A DNA stretch of 53,444 nt, filler included, from Sphacelaria rigidula (GCA_964200075.2; 5 parts of 5 records of this genome joined end to end with filler, not necessarily neighbours in it); one strand, 5' to 3'. Counted from the first letter of the whole stretch, positions 1-12,850 are shown. Made by a program: numbers and translations. The notes: generated by a model from the letters alone, not told the origin.

Positions 1-638
1 TCATTTTCACCGTATAAGGTTCAAGGACGGCTTGCATAACACAAGGTCTTACTCACACCGGGATGTCCCGTACATCACTCTTCCACTCCGTGTACGATTC
101 ACCATGGGTCGCTACTCCACTGATGCTTCTGAGTAGACCTTCGCTGCCGAAAGCTTGGCCAACGATTCCCCCACACTTTGTACCAGCTTCTATTCTTCAA
201 GATCTCAAGAAGTCTACGTACCGCTTGGTGCTCCTTCTCGTAGGTTATGTGGTCGGTCATCGGTAAGGTGATTGCCTCATGAGTGCAGCAGGTCTTGGCA
301 TTTATGCCATGCAGTTTTCACCCCTTCTATTTGTTAGGCGCTTTTTGCACCTAATGCCAGAAATTTCTGGAAAGGGCTGACCAGACTTCCACCGCCTACT
401 GAAAGCCGGTAAGGTTTTACGGGTATCTCACCACGAGATCCCAACCTCCATGTGAATTTGACATAGAGGGGGTAATGACCCTAACCTATCCGTACTGCTT
501 ACATCTTCGATACTTTTGATTTGCATGTAAGGTGGTCAGCCTTCATGCTGTTGTTTACATGTCTAGGTTTTGGATTTATTTTCGTCTTGCGTTTGTTCTA
601 ATATGATGGGGAATAATCTTGGTTATTTTCCGCGATTC

Positions 639-953
639 CATGTCTATGTCCGGGCTGTGTTCTGGTGGGTTAAATAAAAAGAAGGATTAGCTTCTCTATT
701 ATAAGGGGAGTTAGCTTCTCTATTTCATGTCTATGTCCGGGCTGTGTTATAGTAGGTTAAATAAAGAGGAGGGTTAGCTTCTCTATCTCATGTCTATGTC
801 CGGGCTGTGTTGTAGTAGGTTAAATTAAAGAAGGCTTATCTTCTCTATTCCATGTCTATGTCTGGGCTGTGTTATAGCAGGTTAAATAAAAAGGAGGCTT
901 AGCTTCTCTATTTCATGTTTATGTCCGGGCTGTGTTATGGTAGGTGAAATATA
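639..953. repeat. ~63-bp tandem minisatellite, ~5 copies
   Basis: Unit CATGTCTATGTCCGGGCTGTGTT...AGGTTAAATAAA...TTAGCTTCTCTAT starts at 639, 726, 789, 851 and 914. Periods are 87 (includes a partial duplication), 63, 62 and 63. Confidence 0.92.
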
Positions 954-1104
954 ATGTGTTCCCGGGGGGAAACCGTCAGGTTGTTCAATTTTCTTCGTGT
1001 TATGTCCGGCGGTCCGGGACTTTTTTTCGAGTGGCGGTCCCCGGTATATATATGTACGGTTATGTGTACGATGACAGGTTAATGTACGGTGACAGTCTGT
1101 ACAC

Positions 1105-1172
1105 TTGTCTAGGTTTGGTGGCTTGTTTTACAACGCCGTTGCCACTCGACGCCAACCCAAGAGTCTAGACGT
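1105..1172 (-). repeat. Fragment of a dispersed repeat related to 10250-10610
   Basis: Minus strand GGGTTGGCGTCGAGTGGCAACGGCGTTGTAAAC matches the + strand GGGTTGGCGTCGATTGGCGCTGACGCTGTAGAAC at ~10268. It abuts a G-run. Confidence 0.55.
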
Positions 1173-2331
1173 GAGGGGGGGGGGGGGGGGGGGGGGCCGC
1201 CGGGCCAGGGGCAAAGGCGAGCCACCCGCCAGCACAGTCATGTGTGTGGGCAGGCGCCGGACAAANNNNNNNNNGGGGGGGGGGGGGGGGGGGGGGGTGG
1301 GTCTCGCCGCGGAGCAACGGAGAAGCTCACAGAGTCAACCATGTATGTTTGGAAGTTTCTCGCGGAAAGTTATAAACCGTGCACGAGACCCGAGGGGCGC
1401 GGGATAATCATTCCGACCAATTACAGTCATCAAAATGAGCACTTTTGTTCCGGTAGAGGTAGACACCTCGTAGACACATTCGCCGTCTACCCTCAGATCT
1501 CATTTTGATAATTCCAAATCTACCATAGATTATATAACCAAAAAGCAGGTGTTCGAGCATCTTCGGTACACTGTGTCTGTCTGTTCAGTACTACCTGATC
1601 GTCCTACCAGCTCTACACCTCCATCTGGTATAAAACGTTATGGCACAACACGCGAGCGGCGGCCACGAGTACCCTACACACGTAGATGTAGACAAGTACT
1701 TCAACGGTGAGTCGACCGCCATCGCCGAGCAATTGCTCTACGGTAGTCAGGGGTGTTCGCGGCGGTAGTCATGGTGCGATATCCAAACGCACGATGCGTA
1801 TACTTGGCACGTTCAACACTGTAAGATCCAGCACGCTGCAGACTGCACGTGCAGCCGCGGCACGATACACTGCAGACTGCACAGCAAAAATATGAGGCGT
1901 AATAATCAGGTGGTTGACAACCACACCACCGTCTATGTTGTGACTCTCACAACTATGTGCCTCTTCCGCACTCTCGGTCCCTTCCGCCGTAGAGTAGGCG
2001 TTTCAAGTTGTGACAACGGAATGATTATGAACCCAAAAAGTAGAGTGTCTACCTCAGTCTACCACCGGGAGGGTCGCTGTCTAAGGGTTAACGAAAACCC
2101 TCCCGTTTCGAAAAAAACTCCCCCAATCTCACGAACGCGTTGTGTGTGTTTGCATCTACAGCATGATCTCGACCCGCAGCAGCGCATACTTGCACACGTT
2201 GCCGTCCACCCTGCGTTAAGATGGTTCGTGTACAAGACTGAACGGGCCCAAAAAACACGATGATAAATCGCCCAGACTCGTTGAGGAACCCCCCTTCCAC
2301 TGAAATTCATTTACGGCACGACAAATTAGTA

Positions 2332-3662
2332 CGAGCTGGGCCAGCCGAGAAGCGATTCTGTAGTTTGCAGGCCCATTATACGGCCAATATTTAGAGTTGG
2401 ACCCTCAAATTTGGTATGGACAATTAATAGGGCATAATAATAAAAAATAACAGTGCACACAACAAGTTTTTTTTTTTTCCATGAGTTAGGGACATTTTAC
2501 CGATATCTGAAAACTGATTATTGCCCTTAACTCATGAAAAAAAAACTTGTGTGCACTGGTAATTTTTTCTATTGTGACTTATTCATTTTCCATACCAAAT
2601 TTCAGGGTCCAACTCTAAGTAAAACCGATTATTGCCCTTGACTCATGAAAAAAAAAAAACTTGTGTGCACTGGTAATTTTTTTATTATGCGCTATTCATT
2701 GTCCATACCAAATTTCAGGGTCCAACTCTAAGTATTGGCCGTATAATGGGCCGCTTAGTGACGGGGTCAGAAGAAATTCGGAACAGTATTTCGCAGGCCA
2801 CTTACTGGCCCACGTTTGGTGTTTGTGTGTTGAAACTTTGTGCGGGCCGTGGCTAGGGCATAATTGACGAAACAAAGTGGGTCAGGTTGAATTTTTCATA
2901 TTTTTTCACTGGTGTAAGGCGTTTTAGTACGGAAACCGCCATTGTTTTACGGGAACGCCCGAACCTCTCCCCCCCCCCAAAAAAATGAGGGCCCATTCTG
3001 TTTTTTTATTCAGCATACCTCTGTGGTTCTTTATCCTCAGTTTCAAATTACAAATCTGAAAATTGAGGTGAAAACTTTAGATAGGGCCCAAAAGCAGTGT
3101 TCATTTCTGCTTGAAACTGCCCCAAGAACCCGAAAAAAATTAAGAAAAAAACGAAAAAATTGAGAAAGCTGTGTTTATAAGCTTGTTATGCACTAGCGAT
3201 TCTCCATAAGAAATTTTATAGCATAGCTCTAACTCCCAAAAACTGAGACGCGATAATCAGGTTTAGCGAATCTGGCGCATCTGCTCGTAATATGCTGATT
3301 TTAGTATGGAAACTTATGTGCGCCATATCTCGAGATAGATTACGAATTAGGTGAAGGTGAGGGTATCTATCGCCTCCCCGTGCTCCAGGGAATATCCACA
3401 CCAAAATTCGTCGCCATCCGCTGAATGCATCGATCGGGGGTTTCATATAGATTCAAGTATGGACGCTATCTCGCTTAGGTGAAGGAATTACTAGACATGG
3501 GGTTTAATCAACGAGAAAAATATGGGCCCAAACATTTGAGCAGATGGGCACCTTCCCCTTGGTTAGACAATTAATACAATATGCGGATCATGGCCCAACT
3601 CGTCCGTCTCGACGAGATATTGCTTTGAGAGCTTAAATCCGTGTCTAGGCTGGCCCACCTCG
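2332..3662. mobile_element. Non-autonomous Tc1/mariner-type TIR element (~1.33 kb) flanked by TA
   Basis: Left end TA|CGAGCTGGGCCAGCC (2330-2346) matches the reverse complement of GGCTGGCCCACCTCG|TA (3648-3664) at 16/17 positions. TA lies on both sides. No transposase ORF is present. Confidence 0.75.
2370..2752. repeat. Internal long inverted repeat (~120-bp arms) with a tandem extra copy of the right arm
   Basis: GGCCCATTATACGGCCAATA...CATGAGTTAGGG (2370-2491) is the reverse complement of ~2635-2752. A second, shorter right arm lies at ~2512-2620. Confidence 0.9.
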
Positions 3663-4386
3663 TATCCCTTATCAGGAGCACCGCCAGCGGTAAGATGTCA
3701 AACGACCGCACCACGCTCACCTTCATCGCGAATTGAACCAACGACTTCGTAGCCATGACTGTGAAGATCACTAGCCACACAGCACCCCACATAGCTGCTG
3801 GCGATACTCACGAACGCCCGTCTCATGATCCTGCCCGCTGGATGGGTGTTTGAGGCGATTCTAGTCTGCATAAGTTACGCAGTTGGAAGACAGTCAGATC
3901 AAACCTTCGTGGAACGACAGTGATGATGCCTCATGGATGGGATCTGGAGGATAGTACTGTGTACCGCATCGACGAAAATATTTCACGGCTCCGAGAATGA
4001 CGTCAAGGTACCGGAAAAAGTTCGTGTACTATATCGTACAGTACCGAGCAAAATTTTGTGTGAGTCGGATAACAAAACACTTGTACGACACGACACGATG
4101 CAGGCAGCACGCAGTACAATTCACGGTACAGTACACCGTGTACAGAATCCAAATCCATTTTCAACTCGTAACGAAAAAACGAAACGCAAGCGTTTCCGCC
4201 GCATGGTGTATCGCGTATGATACATGTCATGCTTACTTTCCTCAGCTCGCGAATATACGCAGCAGTAGGCAGTTGTCATCCCGTCGCTATCTCGCACAGT
4301 CCTGAGGACTGCTGGTACAGCGTATGGAGTCGAACGGGAAACACGCGACGATTTTTGGCTCTGGTGTGGTTGCAAGTCATCAGAGC

Positions 4387-4470
4387 ATGGCAGCAACAGT
4401 AGCTGGGTCCTCTCCGGCAACAACAACACCAAGGAAAGACGAACATAACCTCAACGCCAACAGCAAGAGA

Positions 4471-4501
<31 letters not shown>

Positions 4502-4722
4502 ACAGCAGTCAAAGCTCTACCGGTGCTGCTGTACCAGCAGTACCACCAACGACAGCGCCACTACCAGTACCGCTGCTGCCAGCACCGCCACCACCTTCCA
4601 CATCAAGTGGTTCGATTGGCTTGACGTCGAATGGGTCGAGGAAGCGGCCTAGAAGTGCAGTGTCATCATCAGCAGCATCGGCATCAGCAGAGGACTGGCT
4701 TATACACCCACCAGACGGTTCG
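4387..4722 (+). CDS. Candidate first exon, low-complexity Ser/Pro/Ala-rich peptide with a basic RKRPR motif
   Basis: ATG at 4387 opens 112 codons that end at a GTGAGT donor (4723). It includes an (AGC)n run. No downstream exon was identified. Confidence 0.4.
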
Positions 4723-7700
4723 GTGAGTTTTTGCATTGGTCTGCAGGTCAAGCGAACATTCAACCTGTTCATATGTTGCCCCAGTTTTGCCGGGTATCAA
4801 TTGTGCAGAAGTTGTGCATATATTTCCGCTGCTGATGCTTACGCCACCGCCGCCGCTGTTTCTGAGCTAGCTGCGCTGCAAGTGTTCGAAGTTGTTGGTT
4901 TGATCGGTACAATGTGTTGTGTACACACTGGAGTGTGTGCTCCTCCAGTCGCCCCCCCAACAGTACTGTACCGTAAGTAACTTTCTTAGACTCATTTTCC
5001 ACAATAAAGTACAGTACGAGTTGCAGGACGGAAAGGACATACATCACAAGTAAAATATTTCAGCACAATATTGTACCTGCAGTAACGTGGCGCTCTGCCG
5101 ACTCCCGTGGCACAGCGATGGTGGTACGCTATTGTGCTGTGCTCATGAGCTCCGCTTTTTTATGATTTAGCTTCGGGGTGCTGTCACGACGTGAGTAAAG
5201 TTAACGCCAGTTCACGATTACTCCGTATATCAAAATTTCCACGGTTGAACAAACTAGACATCAGTGTGGAACCGCCAGATTCGGATCTTCAGAGGGTTTA
5301 CAGTCTCGCAAGCCCCCATCATGCGCAGCACCTATTGTTGTTCTGAAACCGACACGTAGGACAATGTGTGCATCCCTCTCGCCCGAGGGTTCTCGTCATG
5401 TCATGGCTTCGGGCCAGCGTTAGCGTTAGCCCCAGCGCTGGGAAAATCTCGGGTGAATCGACCACCGATAGTTGGCCACAAAGTTGCGCCCTCTACGAGG
5501 TACTCCTCAAAACTTGAGAGCGGAGTACTCTGTCGTCATACTACATTACTCTAGACCCTGTACAACCCAGAAATTTTCGCGGGGAAAATATTGATTCCGA
5601 CGCCCCAGTCAAATAGAAAAAACGCAGCCTACTGGTGGAGCTCCTTGAATTGAATGTCAACCCGTTTCGCTGGTTTGGGTTGCGAGGTCGCCTCAGTAAT
5701 ATCGCCAGCTAACCATGGTGCTTGAGTTGGGCAGCAACCCTCTATTTGCGAACACTACGCCCAATGAAATATACAGTGTGATCCGTGGTCGCTCAGGCCC
5801 CTCTTATCGAGACAAGAAAATGATGATGATGTTGACAAAGACAAACAGCCGACATGTGGGAACCATGTTGCGTTACCTTTCGCATTCTCGTCGAATTGTT
5901 CCTCTGTTCGCAGGGTGTGTTTTTAAAAAAATGATTGGGAAAAAGGCGGGGGAATCGTGGAATTCCAATCTGATGGGGCCCATGGCATTCATATTCCTCT
6001 TTTACGTTTGTAGATAACTCCAATAATTATTTGTGATTCTTCGCACGCGACCAAAAGGCGGAAAGTGAAGCTTCTAATTTTATCGGTCGAAAGCATGTAA
6101 TGGAAAGGCACGAAAGGAGACTTGATTATCATCTTGCGGACCACCACGCCAGATACGATCCCTTTACAGAACCACGCAGACCCTACACAAGTCATTCTCA
6201 GCTACCACCAGAACCCTGCAACATAGGGCACGAGTTGAGCTGAGGGAGACATAGACACTGCAGAAGTTGGGAATCGGCACTGTCAGGCTCTGGCAGACAC
6301 GTTTCTTTCTTGTTGGTGAAAACTTGAGCATCTTCTTTTCTGGTAGGGTCAGCGACCGAATTGCGTAGACACTCATTGGTGTTGTTCCTTTTCAATATTG
6401 AGGAGGCATTTTCCGCGATTATAATTTGTCATCCGCAGCGTTGATTAGAGACGGTTATGCTCAACAGCCTAAAAGATGGTGAGAGACTAGAAAAGCAAAC
6501 GTCCTTGGAAGAGTGCGGTCCTCATCAGCACGGATACTCGGCGCTAGATACCAACCCCAGCGCATTTGGCAACCGGATGAAAAAGGATGCATATCGCTGC
6601 GGAGGGGGGAAGCGTTTAATGTACGACATGCATCCCGCCATGGTAATACCCGACGTCGTTGATCGTGTGTGCTCCTAGTGGCAGTACAACGAGTACTGAA
6701 GTGCTGACTGTACGATTCGAACCACGTCCTGACAGTACTTGAATACCCGCGATCCATCCGTGATCTTTTTCAAATTGCAACTTGCACTCTGTCCTATTCT
6801 GGAACCAAGTTGAAACTCCGCAAAAGGGCGGTCACGCGCCCGTCAGAGAAAGTTCAATATCTTCACGTGGGAGCAGGTGGCATGAGACTATTCGGTTGAT
6901 CACGATAGACGAAACTGCAGCTCACGCCTTTGTCATTCTCAGGGCGTCGTGGTAACCGTCACGCAAAGTCTGGAACTGTGAGGGAGGAGACGTTGCCCCC
7001 TGTCCGAACAGATCTGCAGTGGTGCTTGGCAGAAGACACTCGTCTCTTTGGCTACGCTGTGCGGCCGCGTCTTTCTCGACATGGCGTATTAAACCCAAGG
7101 GCATCTGTTTCTAACACATGGAGAACCCCAACCCTCAGACAGCGACCCCGCTGCAGGTGGACTGAGATGGACTGTGCCACATTTTGGATTTCAGAATATC
7201 TCTTACTCGCTACACAAACGTCTTATTCATGGACATGTGGATGTTTGACATATAAGTAAAAACAAATCCCGGAGAACCCCTGACGGGTTTCGACCCTGCA
7301 GTCAATTGCGTGCAATCAGCATGTGTGCTTTGTTTCTTCGCCGGATACAACGGCAAAACCCAGTCAGAGTGACATCGCTCTCCACTGAACACAGTCTACT
7401 GCGTTGTAATGCGTGAGAGGACCGCGTGCTTAGAGGACCGCGTCATAGTTCGAAACACCTCAGGATCGACGTTTTTCAAAACCAATCGGGCCAGTCCCTG
7501 TAGGGACCACGCTCCTGACTCTAACCCCAGCACTAACCCTAACACTAACCTTACCGTAGCGGTTTTCAAATTCAGATGCGGTCCTCTAAGCACCCGGTCC
7601 TCTCACGCATTACAGTATGTTGCTGACGTCTCTGCTCAGTAATCCACAACACTACAGGCAGTGTGAAGCTACGCGGGCAATACATGGGGGACCAGGCAGG

Positions 7701-8573
7701 CGGCATAGACCAAAAGCACGTTGTTTGTTTCCATGTTATCTATGGTTAAATTGTCAGGACCGAGATGAGAAGTACGGCTAGACAGCGAAGTAGTCCACCT
7801 GCAGTCTACCTGTAGGGGAACAAAGTGACCATTTTGATAGCCGTGATTGGTCAGAATGGTCACTACGCTCCTGTCGGGCCTCATTCTTGGCTGATGATTT
7901 TTCATGGGAAACTTTCAAGCACACATATTTGACTTCGTGAGCTTTTCGGCTGTCCTGCAAACAGGTCCCACTCCTCTGTCGAAAACCACCCTCGATTACC
8001 CTGCAAACTCTCGAATGTTCATGGACTGTCCGCCAATGAAACTGTTTCGAGGCGATGCTCGCTGTCTAAGGCTTAACTTGTGGTTATTTCCCGTCTGCGT
8101 GCCAGCCTCGACCGACAGGGGGTCGAAGTAAACAAGAAGGCTGGCAAGATATACCCCTGGTTCCGCGCGGATTTATTATCGCTACCCTCTAGAATTGTCA
8201 TTGGAAAGTGCGATAGTTTCCGGAATCACCGCTGCATCGTGCACTATCACCCTTTCAAGCCACGCTGCGCGCAAAACGCCTTGGTCGTCGAAACTGCTTC
8301 ATCAACACTCACCTGCGGCTTCAAGCCACTCATGTGTCAAGTTTCAGCATCATCAGACGCCAGGTGTGCTGTGTTTGGGCGCCTAATCTCCGAAATCCCG
8401 CCGCCATATTATTGAAGGGGGCACTGTCATAGACAGAGCAAGCAGTATAAACCCGCACGATGTTCCAAACATTCCACATCCTACTGTATGCAGGAAGTGC
8501 AGATAGTACTGTAGTGTCTGTACTGCACATTTTTTGTTATCTTTTTCACATTCCACGGCAACAGTAGCCAGTC

Positions 8574-8928
8574 GCCCCGGAAGCTTATTGGTAACTTCGA
8601 AACCCACTGACGGTTGGGTCGTGGGTTCGCGACTCGAAGCAGTCAAACGATCTGGGATTTTTTCTCACACAATACTCAACAGCGGAGAGCGACCACGTCG
8701 TGGGTACACAAAAGGCGACTTCACGGTCAACGAGGGAAACAGACTGCTGAACCCCTCTCGCGATGAAAAATACGGCAAGCACCGCACAAGGAAGGTGGAG
8801 TACTATAACAAGTGAAAAAAAAAATGCGTTGACCTTCGTCCTAAGTGCCTCTGGCTGATGCGCCCATATGTACCTAAAGTTCAGAGTGGTGTCCAGAATA
8901 GATGAGATGACATCATACACAACACACA
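8574..8928 (+). mobile_element. Near full-length tRNA-derived SINE (family also at 10768, 32130, 47113, 48477)
   Basis: Head GCCCCGGAAGCTTATTGG (A-box-like) ... GGGTTCGCGACTC (B-box-like). The body GGTCAACGAGGGAAA...GAACCCCTCTCGCGATGAAAA...GCTGATGCGCCCA...TCCAGAATAGATG and the CA/CAA tail are shared with four other copies. Confidence 0.7.
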
Positions 8929-9864
8929 GTGTAAGCAGCAAGTACAGCCAGTACTGTACTGCCTCTACTGCACGTTGTTCAAATCTTGTTTGTTATTCTT
9001 CTGTATGCAGACAAAATATACGGTACCGTCTGGACTGCATGTTGCCCGCTTCGCGTACTCAGCTGCCTTTTCTAGTTCCGCACTTCCAAATTGCTCGGAT
9101 CCATACCCGGCAAAACGGACGAATCCGATCGGATCAATTCCGTCGCGTTTTCTCGTTCGATCGATTTTTGTTTGTAAGACAGGTTCTCGCATCATCAATT
9201 TTTCATATATTGATTTTAATGAGGAGGAAGGGAACAAAAAGTGGTTGTCGTGCGTGGCAGATTTCATCACCTATTTTCTCAATCTCGTTAAGACCAGCAG
9301 AAACCCTCACTAGTACAACATGCCTCGGGATAGCACAGGCAAGTGTTCGTATCACATTTTCCCAGCGATCTATGACATGTTGTTCTCCAAAGTTTCGGAT
9401 AGCCCAGATTTTGTCATGTGTTTGAATCGGCATCGTGCTCTCTTGGCGTGAACTAATGGGGCGCATATGCGACGGCGGGTTAATTTGGTGACAACTACGA
9501 AGCAGTGAAACGTCGAAGACCCGCGGTGGATGAAGAAAGTGAGATATCCAACCGCTTCGATGTACAAATCAAGGGTGGCACTGCACACCCCGTAGCAACG
9601 CCTCGAACAAGCCAGCACGTAATTTTTTGGGCGGTGCACAAGAACTGTGCTGCTCCCCAAACCATCATCACTAGCAAATAAAAAAAGCTACCTCACTCAG
9701 ACAAAAAAGACAACAGATCGGTATCAACACCGTCCTTGGGGTAATCCTAGGGGCGGTAAGACTAGAACCACATTCAAACCCAACTATGCGCAAGCACCGT
9801 GGTGTAAAAGAAAAGCATCGTTTCGGAATACCAGTTATATGTTCTGTATGGTACTATGATTTTT

Positions 9865-9960
9865 GATACCCAGGGTGTTCACTCAGATATTACTCGTACC
9901 AACCGGTCGTAAGTTCTGTAAGTTCTGAAGGGTTTGGGGTAGAATTCTACCAACTCATAG
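9865..9960 (-). repeat. Fragment of the CTTACAGAAC repeat family seen at 11030-11430
   Basis: GTAAGTTCTGTAAGTTCTG is the reverse complement of the CAGAACTTACAGAACTTAC-type motif. Confidence 0.6.
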
Positions 9961-10249
9961 TTTAGTATATTGTCCTTCCGGTTACGACAAAAGGCATGAG
10001 TGTAGCGAGGAATTCCCTGCCCCGCTTCTCTTCGCTTTGTGTGTTCGAATGTGCTTTTCCTTGATCAGGGGCCTATCGACCTCAGGCAAGAGGCAGATGC
10101 GATCTACTCCGCCTTCCAGCGATCCCTTTGCAGAGACATCGTTTTCGAGGTACGCCCGCTTTGGTGCCGTGTCTGCAGTGGTTTGGATCAATGGATAGAT
10201 ACTTCTGTAGCTAGGGCATGTAGCCGATCGATGATTGTTGTTGCTTTGA

Positions 10250-10610
10250 CTTAGCGGACCCCCGATGGGGTTGGCGTCGATTGGCGCTGACGCTGTAGAA
10301 CACGCCACTCACTGCGTAAGCTAGGCAACCAGGTTACCCGGTTTTTTCGGCGCGCTTGCGTTTTTTCCCCCGGTAACCATGATGGTAGTCGAGCTAGATC
10401 ATGTTGTGCGGCGTGGGAAAACCTCAACTCCGCACAATGGGGATGATCGTACTACGTAGTGGGTCCATGGTGAGACACCGAGGAGGCAGTGTATAAGCCG
10501 TGGCTGTCTCTGGAAATGTCAATACCACATAATAAAGCAACTCATTGTAGGCTGTCATCCAAATGCAAGGTAATCAGTAGGCCTTGGGCCGAACAATCTT
10601 GGCAGGATGC
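10250..10610 (+). repeat. Dispersed repeat (possible LINE 5' leader), truncated by scaffold end
   Basis: AAAGCAACTCATTGTAGGCTGTCATCCAAATGC...GGGCCGAACAATCTTGGCAGGATGC is nearly identical to ~31097-31185. The LINE-leader identity is an unverified inference. Confidence 0.6.
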
Positions 10611-10710
10611 NNNNNNNNNNNNNNNNNNNNNNNNNNNNNNNNNNNNNNNNNNNNTTAATTAATTAANNNNNNNNNNNNNNNNNNNNNNNNNNNNNNNNNN
10701 NNNNNNNNNN
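10611..10710. other. Artificial scaffold-concatenation linker
   Basis: 44 N + TTAATTAATTAA (stops in all six frames) + 44 N. Confidence 0.98.
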
Positions 10711-10767
10711 ATTTCAGGTGAAAAAAAGTATGCATGATCCAGAAAGACTAATCTCGCGGTCTATGGG

Positions 10768-10925
10768 TCAACAGTCGACGAGGGAAAGGGACTGCTGAAC
10801 CCCTCTCGCGATGAAAAATAAAAGGCTCCTGTGTTGACCTTCCTGTGTGACGCCGGCTGGTGCGCCTACATATCCCGAAAGGGGTGGACTGGCGCCCAGA
10901 ATAAATGGGACGACAACACACACTA
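10768..10925 (+). mobile_element. 5'-truncated copy of the tRNA-SINE family
   Basis: GTCGACGAGGGAAAGGGACTGCTGAACCCCTCTCGCGATGAAAA...CCAGAATAAATGGGACGACAACACACAC. Confidence 0.8.
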
Positions 10926-11029
10926 CAAGTAAATAGATTGAACGAGGGGGGTCCGTGTGGTGGGGGTGTATGTGTCATCTTGACATAAGCGTGCTAGATT
11001 GTGTCGGCAGTGAACCTCAATCCATACCC

Positions 11030-11430
11030 CCCCTGGGTATGTACCCGTGCTCGTACCGGCATCGGGCATTCCTAGAAGGGTACCCTTACCCCGGGTAAGG
11101 GTATGAGGGGCTCACAGAACTTACAGGATGCAGGTAGGGTATCGAAGTCTTACAGAACTAGCAGAACTGTCGAGTAGGGGTATGATGGTCTTTCAAGATA
11201 TACACAACTGTCGGGTACAGGTATGGAAGTCTTACAGAAGTTAGACAACAAGTAGGGTAGGGTGGGGCATGGATCTTGTACAGAACCCGTACCCTGACCC
11301 GATTATATCTTGAAGTGTATATCCATACCGCGGGTTAGGGCACGGGAGGCTTACAGAGCTCACGTAACTGTCGTGTATGGGTATGGAAGGCTCACAGAGC
11401 TCACAGAAATGTCGGGTACGGGTAATAACC
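11030..11430 (+). repeat. Degenerate ~40-bp tandem repeat (GGGTATGGAAGTCTTACAGAAC-type)
   Basis: GGGTATG-like anchors occur at ~11099, 11137, 11178, 11220, 11266, 11380 and 11420, most followed by CT(T/C)ACAGA. Confidence 0.8.
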
Positions 11431-11939
11431 TGGGCATACAATTTTTTTACATACAGAGCATAACCTTGGATATTTTTTTTCGCGGAATACTCATACCCGA
11501 CTTGAGGGTGAACATCAAAATTCGGATCTTTAGTGGAGCTGACAGTCCCACGTGCCCCTCGCTTGCGCAGAAAACATTTTTTTCTCCGCCGATTTGAGGT
11601 CTACCAACGCCACACTTTGTCAATATAACACTTTCACACGTTGGGCAGCTTATTAGCCAAGTCTGTAATGATGTACAACTCTCCCAGCAAGATTTTTACA
11701 ATTGTGGAACGCTTGTATTTTGTAGGAATCCACAAAATATGTGGACAAAAGTTTACAACTTTTGTTGTTGGTGTGGTGTTGGTACTTATGGTTGTCCCTC
11801 TGATGGACATGAGCGCTTACAGTACTTTCGTGTGTGGGTGAGATGTGCTTATACCCTGGACAAGAGACTATGTAATAGAACACTGGCGCTGCAATAGCCC
11901 CGAAAATTTGTCTGTCAATGTTCACTGTCAGTCATGATC

Positions 11940-12850
11940 GACTGCCATCAATCTCTATCGATAGCTATTGTAGGCGACAATAGATTCGGGACAAAGGACA
12001 GAATGTACCATTGCCGTGACAAAAGAGGGGCCAGCTTGTCTATCGATACATTTTATTTGTTGCAGAAGGCTTTGAGTTGTGGCCACCGATGACTATTGCT
12101 AATCACAATAGGATCTATCAAGCGGCTACCAAGACAAGTTGTTGGTCACAAAAGGATATCAATTGCGCCTACCAATGTCTACCGCTTGTCACAATGCAAT
12201 CTGAATTGCGTCCACAAAAATCTATTGCTGACCACAAAAAAAGCTGAATTACGTCGATCACTAGCGCTATGTATGCATATATTTTGATGTATGTATCCAC
12301 CTCATTCCACAGAAGCTATGGCCAACTATCGCCTCAGGTCGTTGCGTATTCATGTGTAAGGGGTATTGCCGTTGATGTCATCAGACCACTGCAGTAGCAA
12401 CCTATTGTTCAGAAGCTATCGTTGGCGTCACTGGCTATCGATAGGTGCTCCCGAGAGCAATCGATCGTTGACGACAATGCTCATATTGATACATACCAAA
12501 AAATGCATTGTTGGCGGCAAAGGCTACCGATAGACGGCTCACCAATCGATTGATGACGTTAATAGGTATTGATAGATTGCTCGCCCGACCTATTGGTGAC
12601 TGCAATGACTATCGATGGATGGCTCACCAAACCTACTGATAACGGCAATGACTATCGATGGATGGCTCACCAAATCTATTGCGGTACACGATGTCCATCG
12701 ATGGCAAGTGATCTTTCTCTGATGTAATTGTCATAGGCTGTCGATCGACTATTGCAACATCTATTGTCCCATGCAACACATATCAATAGATGTGTGTCAC
12801 CATCTATTGCGTTCGACAGTATATGTCGATAGGTTTTCCCCCGTGTCTAT
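11940..12850. repeat. Degenerate minisatellite region built on CTATCGATAG/CTATTG words
   Basis: Many variants of the palindrome CTATCGATAG. There is a clear ~42-bp tandem pair GCAATGACTATCGATGGATGGCTCACCAAA at ~12602 and ~12645. Confidence 0.65.

Noticed and set aside
639-953. CRISPR-like array (also the 23-bp and 105-bp repeats)
   Set aside because: The whole unit repeats with no unique spacers, there are no cas genes, and the context is eukaryotic.
7520-7556. Telomere-like CTAACC repeats (also TAGGG at 28076-28092)
   Set aside because: Only 3-4 degenerate internal units, insufficient to call a telomere.
8868-9660. Cluster of overlapping ORFs as a tyrosine recombinase or other gene
   Set aside because: No catalytic motif or consistent frame; part of it begins in a SINE tail.
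10655-10666. TTAATTAATTAA as a biological motif (PacI or piggyBac site)
   Set aside because: Identical in all four linkers and centred in Ns; a synthetic spacer.
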